NCBI GenBank assembly: GCA_977017645.1
Contig: OZ360227.1
Coordinates: 113,150,001 to 113,214,000, forward strand
Reading direction: 5' to 3'
DNA: 64,000 nucleotides
DNA from: Torpedo marmorata
Taxonomy: Eukaryota
Shown: positions 24,562 through 36,600 of the stretch, one piece after another
How the letters are laid out: the number at the start of each line of letters is the position of its first letter
How positions within the stretch are numbered: position 1 is the first letter of the stretch
Notes under the pieces: model-generated
The model's database searches: none
The model's input: the letters and a program-made list of their open reading frames with translations, nothing else
What the model was told of the DNA's origin: nothing
Program-made: the position numbers and the translations under genes

Positions 24562-24771
24562 AGATTCCATTCCATTATTGTCACGTAATACTACATGAAA
24601 TTCTTTAATTTTTGTCTACCATAAGGCAGACAGAGGGTCGCTACTTTGTCCAGCGCCCCTCACAGAAACTTGGAGTTCCTTGAGGGTCTCCCCTCCAAGT
24701 ACTGACCAGTCCTGCGCCTGCTTAGCTTCCGAGATCAGACAATCCCAGTTGTATTCAGGCTATTGGTGCTG
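24562..24771 (-). mobile_element. 5S rRNA-derived SINE (SINE3-type)
   Basis: The - strand reads gtctgatctcggaagctaagcaggcgcaggactggtcagtacttggaggggagacc (5S internal promoter region), then a non-5S tail ending gacaataatggaatggaatc. Confidence 0.85.
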
Positions 24772-24869
24772 AACATGGTTCCATTAACTTCAGAATTTCT
24801 AGGCTATGTGATAAGAATCAAATGATATTTTAATTATGACAAAATAAAGTGACAAGCAGCCATATACAG

Positions 24870-27207
24870 AAGTCAAGTCAAGTCAAGTCACCTTTATTTG
24901 TCGTTCATTACCATATACACAGTAAGACGAGATAGCGTTTCTCCAGGACCATGGGCAGATGTACATAAATATCATAATACAATAAATAAACTACAACATG
25001 CTAATACACATACATATATCTAGAAATTGAGGAGCCTGATGGCTTGCGGGAAAAAACTGTTGCACAGTCTGGACGTACGAGCCCGAGTGCTTCGGTACCT
25101 CCTTCCAGATGGCAAAAGGGAAAAAAGTTTACCAAAGGGGTGTGAGAAGTCCTTCACAATGTTATTAGCCTTCCTCATGCATGGTGTGTTGTAGATGTCC
25201 ATCATGGTGGGAAGAGAGACACCAATAATTTTCTACGCTGACCCCACTATCCTCTGCAGGGTCTTTCGGTCTGAGATGGTACAGTTTCCAAACCAAGCGG
25301 TGATGCAATTGCTCAGAATACTCTCAATGCATCCCCTGTAGAATGTAGTAAGGATAGAGGGTGGAAGATGAACTTTCCTCAGCCTTCGCAGGAAGTAAAG
25401 ACGCTGCTGGGCTTTCTTGACTATGGAACTGGTGTTGAGGGACCAGGTAAGACTCTCCGCCAAGTGCACTCCAAGAAACTTGGTACTCTTTACGACCTCA
25501 AAAGTAGAGCTGTCCATGGTCAATGGAGAATGATCCCCCCGGGCCCTCCTGAAGTCGATAACCAACTCTTTTTTATTTACATTCAGATGCAGGTTGTTGG
25601 CTCCGCACCATTCCATTAGTGACTGCACCTCATCTCTGTATGCTGACTCATCGTTCTTGCTGATAAGGCCCACCACGCTCATATCATCATCGAACTTGAT
25701 GATGTGATTCGAGCTGTGTTTTGCTGCACAGTCATGAGTCAGCAGAGTGAACAGCAATGGACTAAGCACACAGCCCTGGGGAGCCCCCGTGCTCAATGTA
25801 ATGACCTTAGAAGTGTTGTTTCCAATCCGGACTGCCTGAGGTCTTCCCGTCAGGAGTCTAGAATCCAATTACAGAGGGTGTTGTTTAGGCCCAGCCCGCT
25901 CAACTTCCCTATCAGGTACTGAGGTATGATCGTGTTGAATGCCGAGCTGAAGTTAATAAACAGCATTCGAACATACGCGTCCTTATTTTCCAGGTGGGTG
26001 AGGGCTAGATGGAGGGTGGTAATGATGGCATCATCTGTAGAGCGGTTTGATCTATATGCGAAATGCAGGGGGTCCAGTGAGGGGGGCAGCAGAAGCTTGA
26101 TGTGCCCCATGACGAGCCTCTCGAAGCACTTCATGACAGAAGATGTGAGTGCGACAGGGCGGTAGTCATTGAGGCAGGACACCGTCGACTTCTTCGGCAC
26201 GGGGATGATGTTAGTGGCTTTGAAGCACGTTGGAACCACGACACTGCTCAGGGAGATGTTAAAGATGTCGGTGAGAACATCAGCCAGCTGGGCCGCACAT
26301 CTCCTGAGCACTCTGCCGGGAATGTTATCTGGACCAGCAGCTTTCCTTGGGTTAACCTTGCTTAACACTCTCCTCACGTCGGCCACTGTAAAACACAGCA
26401 CCTGATCATTTGGAGGAGGGTTGGTCTTCTTTGCTGCTACATAATTTTTTGCCTCAAAACGTGCGTAGAAGTTGTTCAGTGCATCTGGGAGGGAGGCATC
26501 ACCAGCACAGTCAGATATTGTGGTCTTGTGGTTGGTGATATCTTGAATGCCCTTCCACATGCGTCGCGTGTCCTTGCTGTTCTGAAAGTGACTCTGAATT
26601 TGCTGGGCCTGTGCACGCTTTGCCTCCCTGATGGCCTTAGACAGCTTGGCTCTCGCAATAGCTAGGGTTACCTTGTCGCCCTCACTGAAGGCAGAGTTTC
26701 GACTCCTCAGCAGCACACGCACCTCCGCAGTCATCCATGGCTTCTGATTAGAGCGAGTAATGATGGTCTTGGGCACAGTGACTTCGTCAATACACTTACT
26801 AATGTAGCTAGTCACTGATGCCGTATCCTCCTCCAGATTGATGCAGTCGCCATCGGTTGCTGCTTCCCTGAACATGTGCCAATCAGTACGCTCAAAGCAG
26901 TCCTGAAGTGCATGGATGTCACCTGCTGGCCAGGTTTTAACCTGCTTCAGAACTGGTCTGGAGCGTCTGGCGAGCGGCCTGTATGCTGGGGTTAGCATTA
27001 CAGAGATATGGTCTGAGTATCCGAGGTGGGGGCGGGGCTCCGCCCGATACGCGTCGGAAATGTTCGTAAACACAAGGTCCAACATGTTCGCCCCTCTCGT
27101 AGCAAAGTCCACATACTGATGGAATTTAGGTAGCCCTGACTTGAGGTTCGTCTGGTTGAAGTCCCCAGCGATAATCAGCAGTCCATCAGGGTGTGCGGTC
27201 TGCAGTA
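24870..27207 (-). mobile_element. Rex1/Babar-type LINE (partial EN + RT), 5'-truncated
   Basis: ORFs 25850-27256 (AGDFN, SDH) and 25233-25868 ([10 protein letters not shown]); (GACTT)n tail. Confidence 0.93.
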
Positions 27208-27344
27208 TCCAGCTAAAATAGAAGTTAAAAAGCAGGAAAGAAAATACCATCTCCATAATTAATTATGAATATAGTTGTACTACCAAGAAATGGATCAGAT
27301 GGTCAAGAGATTGAAAGGCCATAGTCATAAAATTATACAGCACA

Positions 27345-27840
27345 GAAAAATGCCACCACAACTATTTCAATTCTGCACTCCACTCCCTCGCTGGCATGTC
27401 TGTCCATGACCTCATGCACTGCCAAACTAAGGCGATCCGTAAATTGTGGAGCAACACGTAATATTCCAACTTAGCACTCTCCAACCGGATTCATTAACAT
27501 TGACTTCTCTAGTTTCTGCTAGATCACTCCCATTCTCTCTCTCTTCCCTATCCCTCTGTCTCCTTCCCTCGAGCTCTCCATCCCCTTCCCCCTCCATTCA
27601 CCAATTCACCTCTTACCTCTTGCCTGTGGGCCTGTGTTTCTCCCCCTGCCCACCTTCCCCCAACCATTTTATTCAGGTGCCTGCCTACATCTTGCTCACA
27701 CCTTGATGAAGGGTTCAAGCCCGAAACGTTGGTTACGTATCTTTATCTTTGCTTTCTAAAATACGCTGTTTGACCTGCTGAGTTTCTCCAGCATTGTGTT
27801 TTTACTTCAATCACTGCGTCTGCAGACTTTCGTGCTTTAC
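27345..27840 (+). mobile_element. PLE 3' fragment with hammerhead-like motif at ~27697-27735
   Basis: EQHVIFQLSTLQPDSL; ccttgatgaagggttcaagcccgaaacgttgg. Confidence 0.85.
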
Positions 27841-28580
27841 GCCACCACAACTACCGGTATGTTGATAGTCAATTACCCATCTATGCTAATCACATTTACC
27901 AGCATTTGGTTCATAGCTTTCTATGCCCTGGCATTTCAACAGCTCATCACTTCCACCATCCACTGTGCATTTCAGATTCCCTCTGGATGAAAAAGTTCTT
28001 CAAATGCCCTTTAAGCCTCATTCTCTTTATTCTAAACTTATGTTGATAGTAAAATTAGAAATTTTATCAAAACAGCTAAAATTAAAGCAGATTAATCAAA
28101 TTGCACGATAAACTGACAATTCTCAACCAATTGTATCTCTACATTTTAGGTAAAGATATACCTAGATTTAAAAAGTGAGGCAAATTCCCCCTGAGAACTA
28201 TTGACCAATGGGTTTAACATCAGTAATATGAATAATAATGATAATCAATTTCATTCTCAGGAAGGAAATACAAAAAAAGTGAAAAGCAAAAAATTCATAA
28301 TGGATAATCAGCATGGATTTGTAAAAGGTAAAACCTTAAATATGCCAAAATTATTTTTAAAATAAGCCATTCTGAACAGCTGTTATGAAAGGATGATTAA
28401 TCAAAAATGTCTGTGATTTTACATGAGGTCATAAAATCATGTGTATGGTAGATGTGAGATTTCTTTAAGAATGTACATGGGTATTTCTTTTTCTACTGCA
28501 GTGCTGGCCAACATCTGGCCTCTAGCCAAACTAATGACTTATCTAAACTACATTTTCATTTTGAAAATTTTAATTTTCAG

Positions 28581-28637
28581 GTGAAACGTTATGATCTTTC
28601 AGGTTATCGTCCAGTTCTACCAGATCTGCCAATGTGA
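28581..28637 (+). CDS. Candidate terminal exon (VKRYDLSGYRPVLPDLPM*), product unknown
   Basis: ttttaattttcag acceptor followed by a short protein-like frame; no homology recognised. Confidence 0.2.
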   Translation: MKRYDLSGYRPVLPDLPM

Positions 28638-30613
28638 TCTAGTTCATGAACATTACATATAATACACAAATTTTATGAGCAACTAATGTTATATCTCTCT
28701 AAATTGGTCTCGATCAACAAAGCAAATGATTCTGTAATTTAAAACTTTTCATGGACATGGTTTTAATTGTATGACTTCATTATCACTACCCCCAGAGTGG
28801 GAATCTCGGGAGAACCACTGTAAAACAGTATTACAAGATTCTCATTAAAATAAATTATGACTATTACAGGAAATGTCACATTGTGCAATCAGAATCAATT
28901 TCCTGCAGCATAACATTTCTGTACAACCTTGAGGCTGATCCACTGACTTGGCTTCATTAAATTCAGGTTCAATTAACCATATTAGTCAACCATTCTCCTT
29001 GCATGAATTCTGGGTTCCCTCTTCTAAAAATGTAACCATAGCAACCAATTTGCCTTTTATACATCTAAAAACCAGTGGCGGATTAACCATAAGGCTGAGT
29101 AGGCTGAAGCATAGGGGTCCGGAAGGTAAGGGGGCCCATCAAACAACAATAGAAATAAGAAATACAACAATAGAAATAAGAGATACAACAATAGCAATGT
29201 TACTTTAACTATGCCAAAGAGAACTAAGCCACAATATTAAAAGTATTTTAAAATTGCAACAACTTGTAGCTTTCAAAGCTTCTGTCGATTGGCTTTCACC
29301 TATTTACTGAAATCAAAAAACAACGGCGGCAGCGGCTCAATGTGGGATCAATGGCCGTCTTCATTAATCATAATGCCCCACGCAGCTGGAACCGCTCTGC
29401 CTGTGCCAGCGCCAGGGAAACGTGCATGCCTGTGAAGAGTAATGCAGTTAAAGCACACACACACACACAAATAAAACAACATTCGGCAATGCATCACAAA
29501 TAAATAAATAAATAAATAGATATAAATATAAACACACATGCATTTAGCAAATAAACAACACAAACTTGTAAATGGAATACAAGGTTTAAAATTCATCAGT
29601 CTGCCCCTGTCTGCTGGAGACGCCTGTCCCGCTCGGTTGGTTTTGACTCAGTCAGGAACCAACAGTGAAATCACACAAAATCCAGCGTCATGAATAATTA
29701 GATTGCTAAAACACTCCCGTTTATTTCTATACGAGAGGGTAAGAGTTCTGTGTAAACAAGACGCATTATCAATTATCCAAGCTTTAAAAAACATTCTTAT
29801 TTTGACAAGTTTTATCATTTCCTCGCGTTGGCTACTTGCAATGAAATTGTCAGTGTACATCAATACACACAGCAAAGTAGGGATGACCTGTCACATCCCA
29901 GAAAGAGAGAAGAGAACAACATTTGAATCATCCCTCCACAAATAAAGCTTTTCAGAATTAAATCCTTTCAAAGCACCCCACCCCCCAAAATCAGTTGGAA
30001 GCAAACCTGTATTAAAATTTATATGGCATGCATTTAAAAAAAATAAATCATGCTTTCAAAATTGCTAATCAAATATTGAAGTTAAAATATAAATGCATCA
30101 TTTCACGCTATAACGACGCTCAGCGACCGACGGTACATTATATTAATAAAAACTGCCTTACCAAGACGTGATACATACAAACGAACAGGTAACACTGAAC
30201 ACAAAATTAACGAATTAAAGTATTAATTTCTCATTCAGTTGTGCCTTGGAGGGATATGGATCAAGTGCAGGGAAATGGAATTAGCCCAGAAGAAGACCAT
30301 ATTGCATTGACTAGTTGGGCTAAAGGGCCCGTACCACGCTGTTTGACTTTATTAGCATACCATCCAATATGTCTTGTACCCAGTGGCACTATTCCCAAAG
30401 TTCACAACGTCCAATGATCACTGCACCCACTAGTGCATGGCACTCGGTGACACATCATTCGTTCCCAATGTGCACCATTAAATTTATTTTCCTGTAGTGG
30501 GTTGACAGTGTAAGCAGCGTGGATAAGAGAACTACGTTGGAAGGTGCTCCACTGTTGGCTTCTGGACGAGCTGGTGGAGGCAGGATCTTTCTCCGTGTCA
30601 GATGTATTTAGAT

Positions 30614-30767
30614 CAGTGGTTCTCAACCTTTATTTTTCCACTCACATACCACCTTAAATAATCCCTTACTAACCACAGAGCATCTATTCTATGGCATAGG
30701 ATGTCACAGGTGCTCTGTGGTTAGTAAGGGATTATTTGAGGTGGTATGTGAGTGGAAAAATGTTGAG
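30614..30767. mobile_element. Palindromic hAT MITE (one TIR truncated), same insertion as 17045-17205
   Basis: Near-identical sequence with the same flanks. Confidence 0.85.
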
Positions 30768-31091
30768 TTTGATAAACTCTTGAAATGAGATGAGATAGAA
30801 GACCATACAGTGCAGAACGTGGTCTTCAGACTGCATGAATACGGAGAGCCGAAGGGTCTTCCCCGCGCGGCGGTTTGCATTGAGAATCCTCTGCGCTTCC
30901 ACTGGCAGCCGGAGGGGGGCGTGCTGTCCGGGGTCAGAGGTTCTCGGCTCGTCATGGTGGATCCAAGCGGAGCGGCTGATGGGCGGGCAGGGAGGGGGGA
31001 CACGGGTAGTCCAGCTTCCTGGGAAAAGCTGGAAGGGCCTCGTGGCTCGGGCAGCGTCCATGGAGAACAATGGCGTCAACAAGAGAGTGAG

Positions 31092-31552
31092 TTTGTAAAA
31101 ATTGCCTTAGCAGTATCTAGGAAATGTATTGCTATAACTTGGAAATCAGGTACAGACTTAGGAATTGAGAGATGGAATGCGGAAATTCGTAGCTGTATAC
31201 CACTTGAGAAAATTACATATAGCTTAAGGAATCGATACCATATATTTTGGAAAATATGGTGCCCATATTTTCAGAGGGTTGGAATGAATGTTTAATCATT
31301 TCTCTGGTAACCTTAATCTTTGGTGAACTCCTTTATTTCATGATAAATATGATTTCTGGAAAAGGACTCTCTCTTTTTTCTTCCATGTTGTATCTTTTTC
31401 ATTCTTTCTTCCTTCTTTCTTGGGGCTTTAGGGGGAAGGGGTGGGGGGAGCGGGATATATACATACCACATGTATAATGGATTAGACTATTTTAAAGATT
31501 TGTATTGTAAATTTTATTTGGTGGTTAACAAAAAAAACAAAACAAAAAAAAA
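31092..31552 (+). mobile_element. L1 3' fragment
   Basis: FVKIALAVSRKCIAITWKS...CIPLEKITY; A-rich tail; TSD aac(a/g)agagagtgag; absent from hAT copy 1. Confidence 0.9.
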
Positions 31553-31604
31553 ACGAGAGAGTGAGGGTGAGGGGAGGAGAGCGGGGAGTGTGCTTTTAGA
31601 ATTA

Positions 31605-32469
31605 CCCGTATATTTCGGCGTATAAGTCGACCCTTGAAACCCTCAAAAATGTCTCAAAAAACGGGGGTCGACTTATACGCCGGATATACTTTTGAGACCT
31701 TAAAATCAGCTCAAAATCGAGTTCACGTCGATTCGGCGTATAAGTCGACCCCTGAAAACACGATTCGGCGTATAGGTCGACCCTGGAAGCGCCTCCCCAC
31801 TGCCGGCGCCGCCGCTCCCCGACACCTCCCCACCGCCGGGCGCCGCCATAAACCACCCAGACATTCTACAATTGTAGAGCCCGAGGTCCCCGCTCCTACC
31901 CGGGAGAACGAGCTCCCCGCTCCTGCCTGGGAGAACGAGCTCCCCGCTCCTGCTCGGGAGAACGAGCTCCCCGCTACTGCCTTGGAGAACGAGCTCCCCG
32001 CTCCTGCCCAGGAGAACGAGCTCCCCGCTCCTGCCTGGGAGAACGAGCTCCCCGCTCCTGCTCGGGAGAACGAGCTCCCCGCTACTGCCTTGGAGAACGA
32101 GCTCCCCGCTACTGCTCGGGAGAACGAGCTCCCCGCTCCTGCTCGGGAGAAAGACGTCGCCGCACCTGCATCTTCCCGGCCAGAAGCAAAGGTTTTTTTT
32201 ACTGTTTTTTTTACTTACCGGTACTTGCTTAATTTACAGCTTTGTTACTTGGCGATTGGGATGTTGTAACAAATTTTGGGTTGTTGCTGGGAGGCCCAGA
32301 CAGCCTGAAAATTGGGGGTCGACTTATACGCCGGTCAATGCGCAACATCTCAGGCATCCCGATTTTTGGGGTCGACTTATACGCCGGATATACCATAAAA
32401 CCATTAAAATGAGGCTGAAAAAGGGGGGTCGACTTATACGCCGGTCGACTTATACGCCGAAATATACGG
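31605..32469. mobile_element. Non-autonomous Tc1/mariner-superfamily (Tc2/pogo-like) element
   Basis: TIR CCGTATATTTCGGCGTATAAGTCGACC; repeated subterminal gtcgacttatacgccg; TA TSD confirmed by the empty site in hAT copy 1 (~14063-14088). Confidence 0.9.
31880..32155. repeat. 27-bp minisatellite (GGGAGAACGAGCTCCCCGCTCCTGCCT-like), about 10 copies
   Basis: Direct tandem repeats; translate as (RENELPAPA)n. Confidence 0.95.
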
Positions 32470-33651
32470 TAATTCACCCATTCTCTCCAAAATGAACAGC
32501 GAAATCACAATACTAACCCAAAAGAGTGGTAAAGCATAGAACAGCTTTAAAGATTGAAAGTGACATGACCCAAATATGATATTGACTAAAATCCTCTTAA
32601 TTGATTGGCTTATTCCACCAAATCTGATACACATCCACACAAAATCGTCTTATGATGAGAGCGGGTATAAGCTTCAATTTAAATAGCTGAATCTTCCATT
32701 TAAAACACACAAGCGTTGGAACTACAACCGATTAAAAGTCATTCCCCCTCCCCCACACCCCCTCCACCAGCCCTCCCTATTTTCTTCCAAAATTAAATTT
32801 ACCATCACAACACATCGATTTGTCTTTAAGTTTACGGAGTCTGGAAAAATTCCACTAAACCAGCCAACAAGCTGTGGCACGCGCAACTCCAAGTGAGTGT
32901 GAGAGAGAGTGAGTGTGAGCGAGCGAGAGAGAGAGAGGGTTCGAAGGAGGTAAGTTGGGGCATGGGCCGCGAATGCCCCCCCCCATGACGCCGACCCTGG
33001 GGGGGCCTTACTAAAGCTCAGCCTAGTGGCCCAGGTGGTAGTTAATCCGCCACTGCTAAAAACAATTAAAAAATCAGAATACTGGGTATTTCTCCCACGC
33101 ATACAGCATCAATTATGCTAAGAAAAATCACTTCTAATTTCATTGTTGCAAAATTCCAGCATGATGCTTATAGAATCACATGAAATTTAATATCTAAAAT
33201 CAAGAATGTGATTTGACTACATGTAATTAAGTATTTATTTCAACAATGAAACTTTAATAGGTCCACTCATTAATTTAATTTTACATTTATTTTACTGTAG
33301 GCTGTTCTTCTCATTTGGGAATAAATCAATATGCTTTACGTATTGTTGTGGATACACGCAGACTTGGTACGCCGCGTATGACGTCATGACGTATTATATA
33401 TAGCGTGGCGCGGGAAACCATTGTTAGTTTGGTAATAAAGAATGAATGAAGCACCACGTCTCTGTGTGCTTGTGTATATCTAAGCCTGGAATACACTACA
33501 GATTGGCGACGAGGATCGAAACGAACTTCCCTAACAAGGAAAGGGAGGAGAAGAAAAGAAAAAAATAAGAACACAAACCTACCACAGCAGTGAGCCCCAC
33601 AGGCTCACTCACAAGAGAAGAAAGAAAGGAAAACGCGGGAAACGACGCAAA

Positions 33652-36600
33652 ATGGCGGACAGTCGTTTCGGGGAGTACAAAGACTCAGAAGACTGGTATG
33701 ACTACATTGAAAGATTCAATATGTACTGTATTGCCCACAATATAGTTGATACACCAGTAACCAAGAGGAAACAAGCACTGTTTCTAAGTGAAGTGGGAAG
33801 CAAAACTTTTAAACTTATGAAGTCCCTTTTGGCACCTGAAAGACCAAGCGCTAAGACTTATGATGAACTATGCACGGTAATAGGAGAACACCTATTCCCC
33901 AGACCAGTAATAATTGCAGAACGTTATAAGTTTTATTCCAGAAAGCAAATGACAGGCGAACCCATAAGTGAATATTTAGCGGAATTGCGCAGGCTGTCAG
34001 AACGTTGTGAGTTCGGAGAATTCTTGAATGATGCATTAAGGTTTGGCTGACCGCAACACCCAATGATTACTAAGTAAATCAGATTTAGACATTAAGTCTG
34101 CTTATGCTACAGTGTTGAGTTTCGAAATGGCCAGCCAAAATATTGATATTATACAAGGAGAGCCCTCGACCGTAGGGTTTGTTACAAAACCTAACCGACA
34201 AGAATGTTTCCGCTGCGGGAAAAGCAACCACAGCCCTGACCACTGTTATTTTAGAAAGGCCAAATGCCATTTATGCGACAAAGAAGGACACATCAAATCC
34301 AGATGTCCGAACAGAAGACTAATATACCAAAAAAGAAATAAACAAAAGCCAAAATATAGCAGACAACCGTCAAAAGTGAAAAAAATAGGGGAAAAGGACG
34401 AAAGCCTACTAGGGGGAAAAGGCGGTGGATGTAATGCAGGCAGTGGATGTAATGCATGTCCGCAGTGTGGGGGACAAGAAATCTGAAATTTATGTAGAGG
34501 TTAAAATCAATGGCAAACCTCTTCAAATGGTGTTGGACACCGGAGTATCGGTGACTCTAATGCCAAAACAAATAAAAGCACAATTATTGCCCAACCTTAC
34601 CGTAAAACAATCCGACATGGTATTAAAAACGGTCACAGGGGAAAAAGTCAAAGTGATTGGTAAATGCAAAGTAAAAGTCGAATATAAGGGTAAGATCTCG
34701 AAAGACTTACCCCTCGTCATCATTGACACAAAGGGACATGCATTGTTCGGAAGAAACTGGTTATCATACATCCAATTGGATTGGATGGAAATCGGGTCAG
34801 TACTGAAGATTCATACTGAAAATGAACCAAAACTGACACAAGTGCTTAAGAAGTATCAAACCTTATTCGGAAAAGGCTTGGGGAAAATCAAAGGAGTCCA
34901 AGCAAAGTTACATTTGAAACCTGAAGCTGAACCCAAGTTCTATGAGCCAAGGACAGTGCCTTTTGCAATAAAAGGAAAGATTGAAGCAGAACTCAACAGA
35001 TTAGAAAACGAAGGAATCATTGAAAGGCTTCAATATAGTGACTGGGCAGCTCCCATTGTGCCAGTCCGAAAACCGAATGGAGAAATCCGAATTTGCGGTG
35101 ATTATAAAGTCACCGTTAATCAAGCTCTGCAAATACCTGAACATCCCATGCCAAGAGCGGAGGAGTTATTCCAATCCCTAAATGGCGGGAAAAAGTTCAC
35201 GAAGCTGGACTTATCTCAAGCGTATCAACAAGTTAAATTGGATGAAGCATCAAAGAAATATATGGCAATCAATACCCACCTGGGGTTATTCACATATACG
35301 AGAATGCCATACGGAATATCAGCAGCTCCTGCAATATTTCAAGCAGTTATGGACAAATTACTGCACGGTATAAATGTAGGGTGCTACCTGGATGGTATTA
35401 TTATTACAGGGCGGGACGACGCAGAGCACCTATCGAACCTAGAAAGAGTCTTAACCCGACTATAACAAGCGGATGTCCGGCTGCGCCAAGACAAATGTGT
35501 ATTTATGGTACCCTCCGTAACGTATTTGGGATTTACAATTAATAGTGAAGGCGTACAAATGAATACGGCAGGGACCGAAGCCGTCCGCAGAGCACCCTGC
35601 CCAACAGAGCAGAACTACAATCGTTCTTAGATTTAGTTAACCATTATCGGAAACACATCCCAGACATGTCCACACTGTGCAACCCACTGAACCAGTTGCT
35701 AAGAAAAGACCAGATATGGTGCTGGAATACCAAAACAAATGACGCATTCAACCGGTTAAAGAAACAATTAACCTCAAGCAATAATGTACTCGTCCACTAC
35801 GACCCGAACAAAGAGGTGACTCTAGCGGTGGATGCCTCACCAGTGGGTTTAGGGGCAGTATTATCACAAATCACCGAAAAGGGAGAACAACCAGTGGCTT
35901 ATGCATCTCGGTCATTGACAGCTTGTGAACGCAATTATGCACAACTCAAAAAAGAAGGACTGGCCATAATATTCGGAATCAAAAAATTTCACCAGTACTT
36001 GTATGGTAGGAGGTTTACCTTAGTGACCGACAACAAACCACTGAGTTTAATTATAGGTCCTAAAAAGGGCATTCCGGTACTAGCGGCGACAAGAATCCAA
36101 AGATGGGCCATGATGCTCGCCGCTTACGATTATGATTTGAAACATAAACCAGCAACACAAAACGGACATGCCGATGCTTTATCACGTTTACCCCTACCTG
36201 AAACGGAACTGACAGAAGAGATAATCCACTGGACAGCAGAAGCAACAGCAGTTAACCAAGAACAGCTTCGCCATTTACCCATTACAGCGAAAATAATCAG
36301 AAAAGAAGTAAGAAACGAACCGACACTGGCCAAAGTCTTGTATTTTACAGTAAATGGATGGCCCGAAGGGGACGCTGTTTCTCCAGACCTTAAGCCTTAC
36401 TATACACGACGTAATGAGATAACTATCGAAAAAGGTTGTTTATTGTGGGGTGCCAGAACGATTATTCAAAAAAAATGGCAAAAGGGCATGCTAGCAGAAC
36501 TACACGACAATCATCCTGGAATGATCCGAATTAAAGCTTTGGCACGAATGCATGTTTGGTGGCCATCAATGGACATGGATATCGAACAAACCGTACGAAG

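Larger units (their letters stand above)
29073..33055 (-). mobile_element. Non-autonomous composite hAT DNA transposon, copy 2 (opposite orientation to copy 1)
   Basis: Same 15-bp TIR; perfect 8-bp TSD CTAAAAAC at 29065-29072 and 33056-33063; 30501-33055, minus its insertions, is the reverse complement of 13574-14450 plus 17045-17318. Confidence 0.93.

Noticed and set aside
24667-24771. Functional 5S rRNA gene
   Set aside because: The 5' and 3' ends are diverged, there is no oligo-T terminator, and it is fused to a retroposon tail, so it is a SINE head.
31605-32469. CRISPR-like repeats (gtcgacttatacgccg with variable spacers)
   Set aside because: The repeats occur in both orientations with irregular spacing, in a eukaryotic context with no cas genes; they are subterminal transposase-binding repeats.
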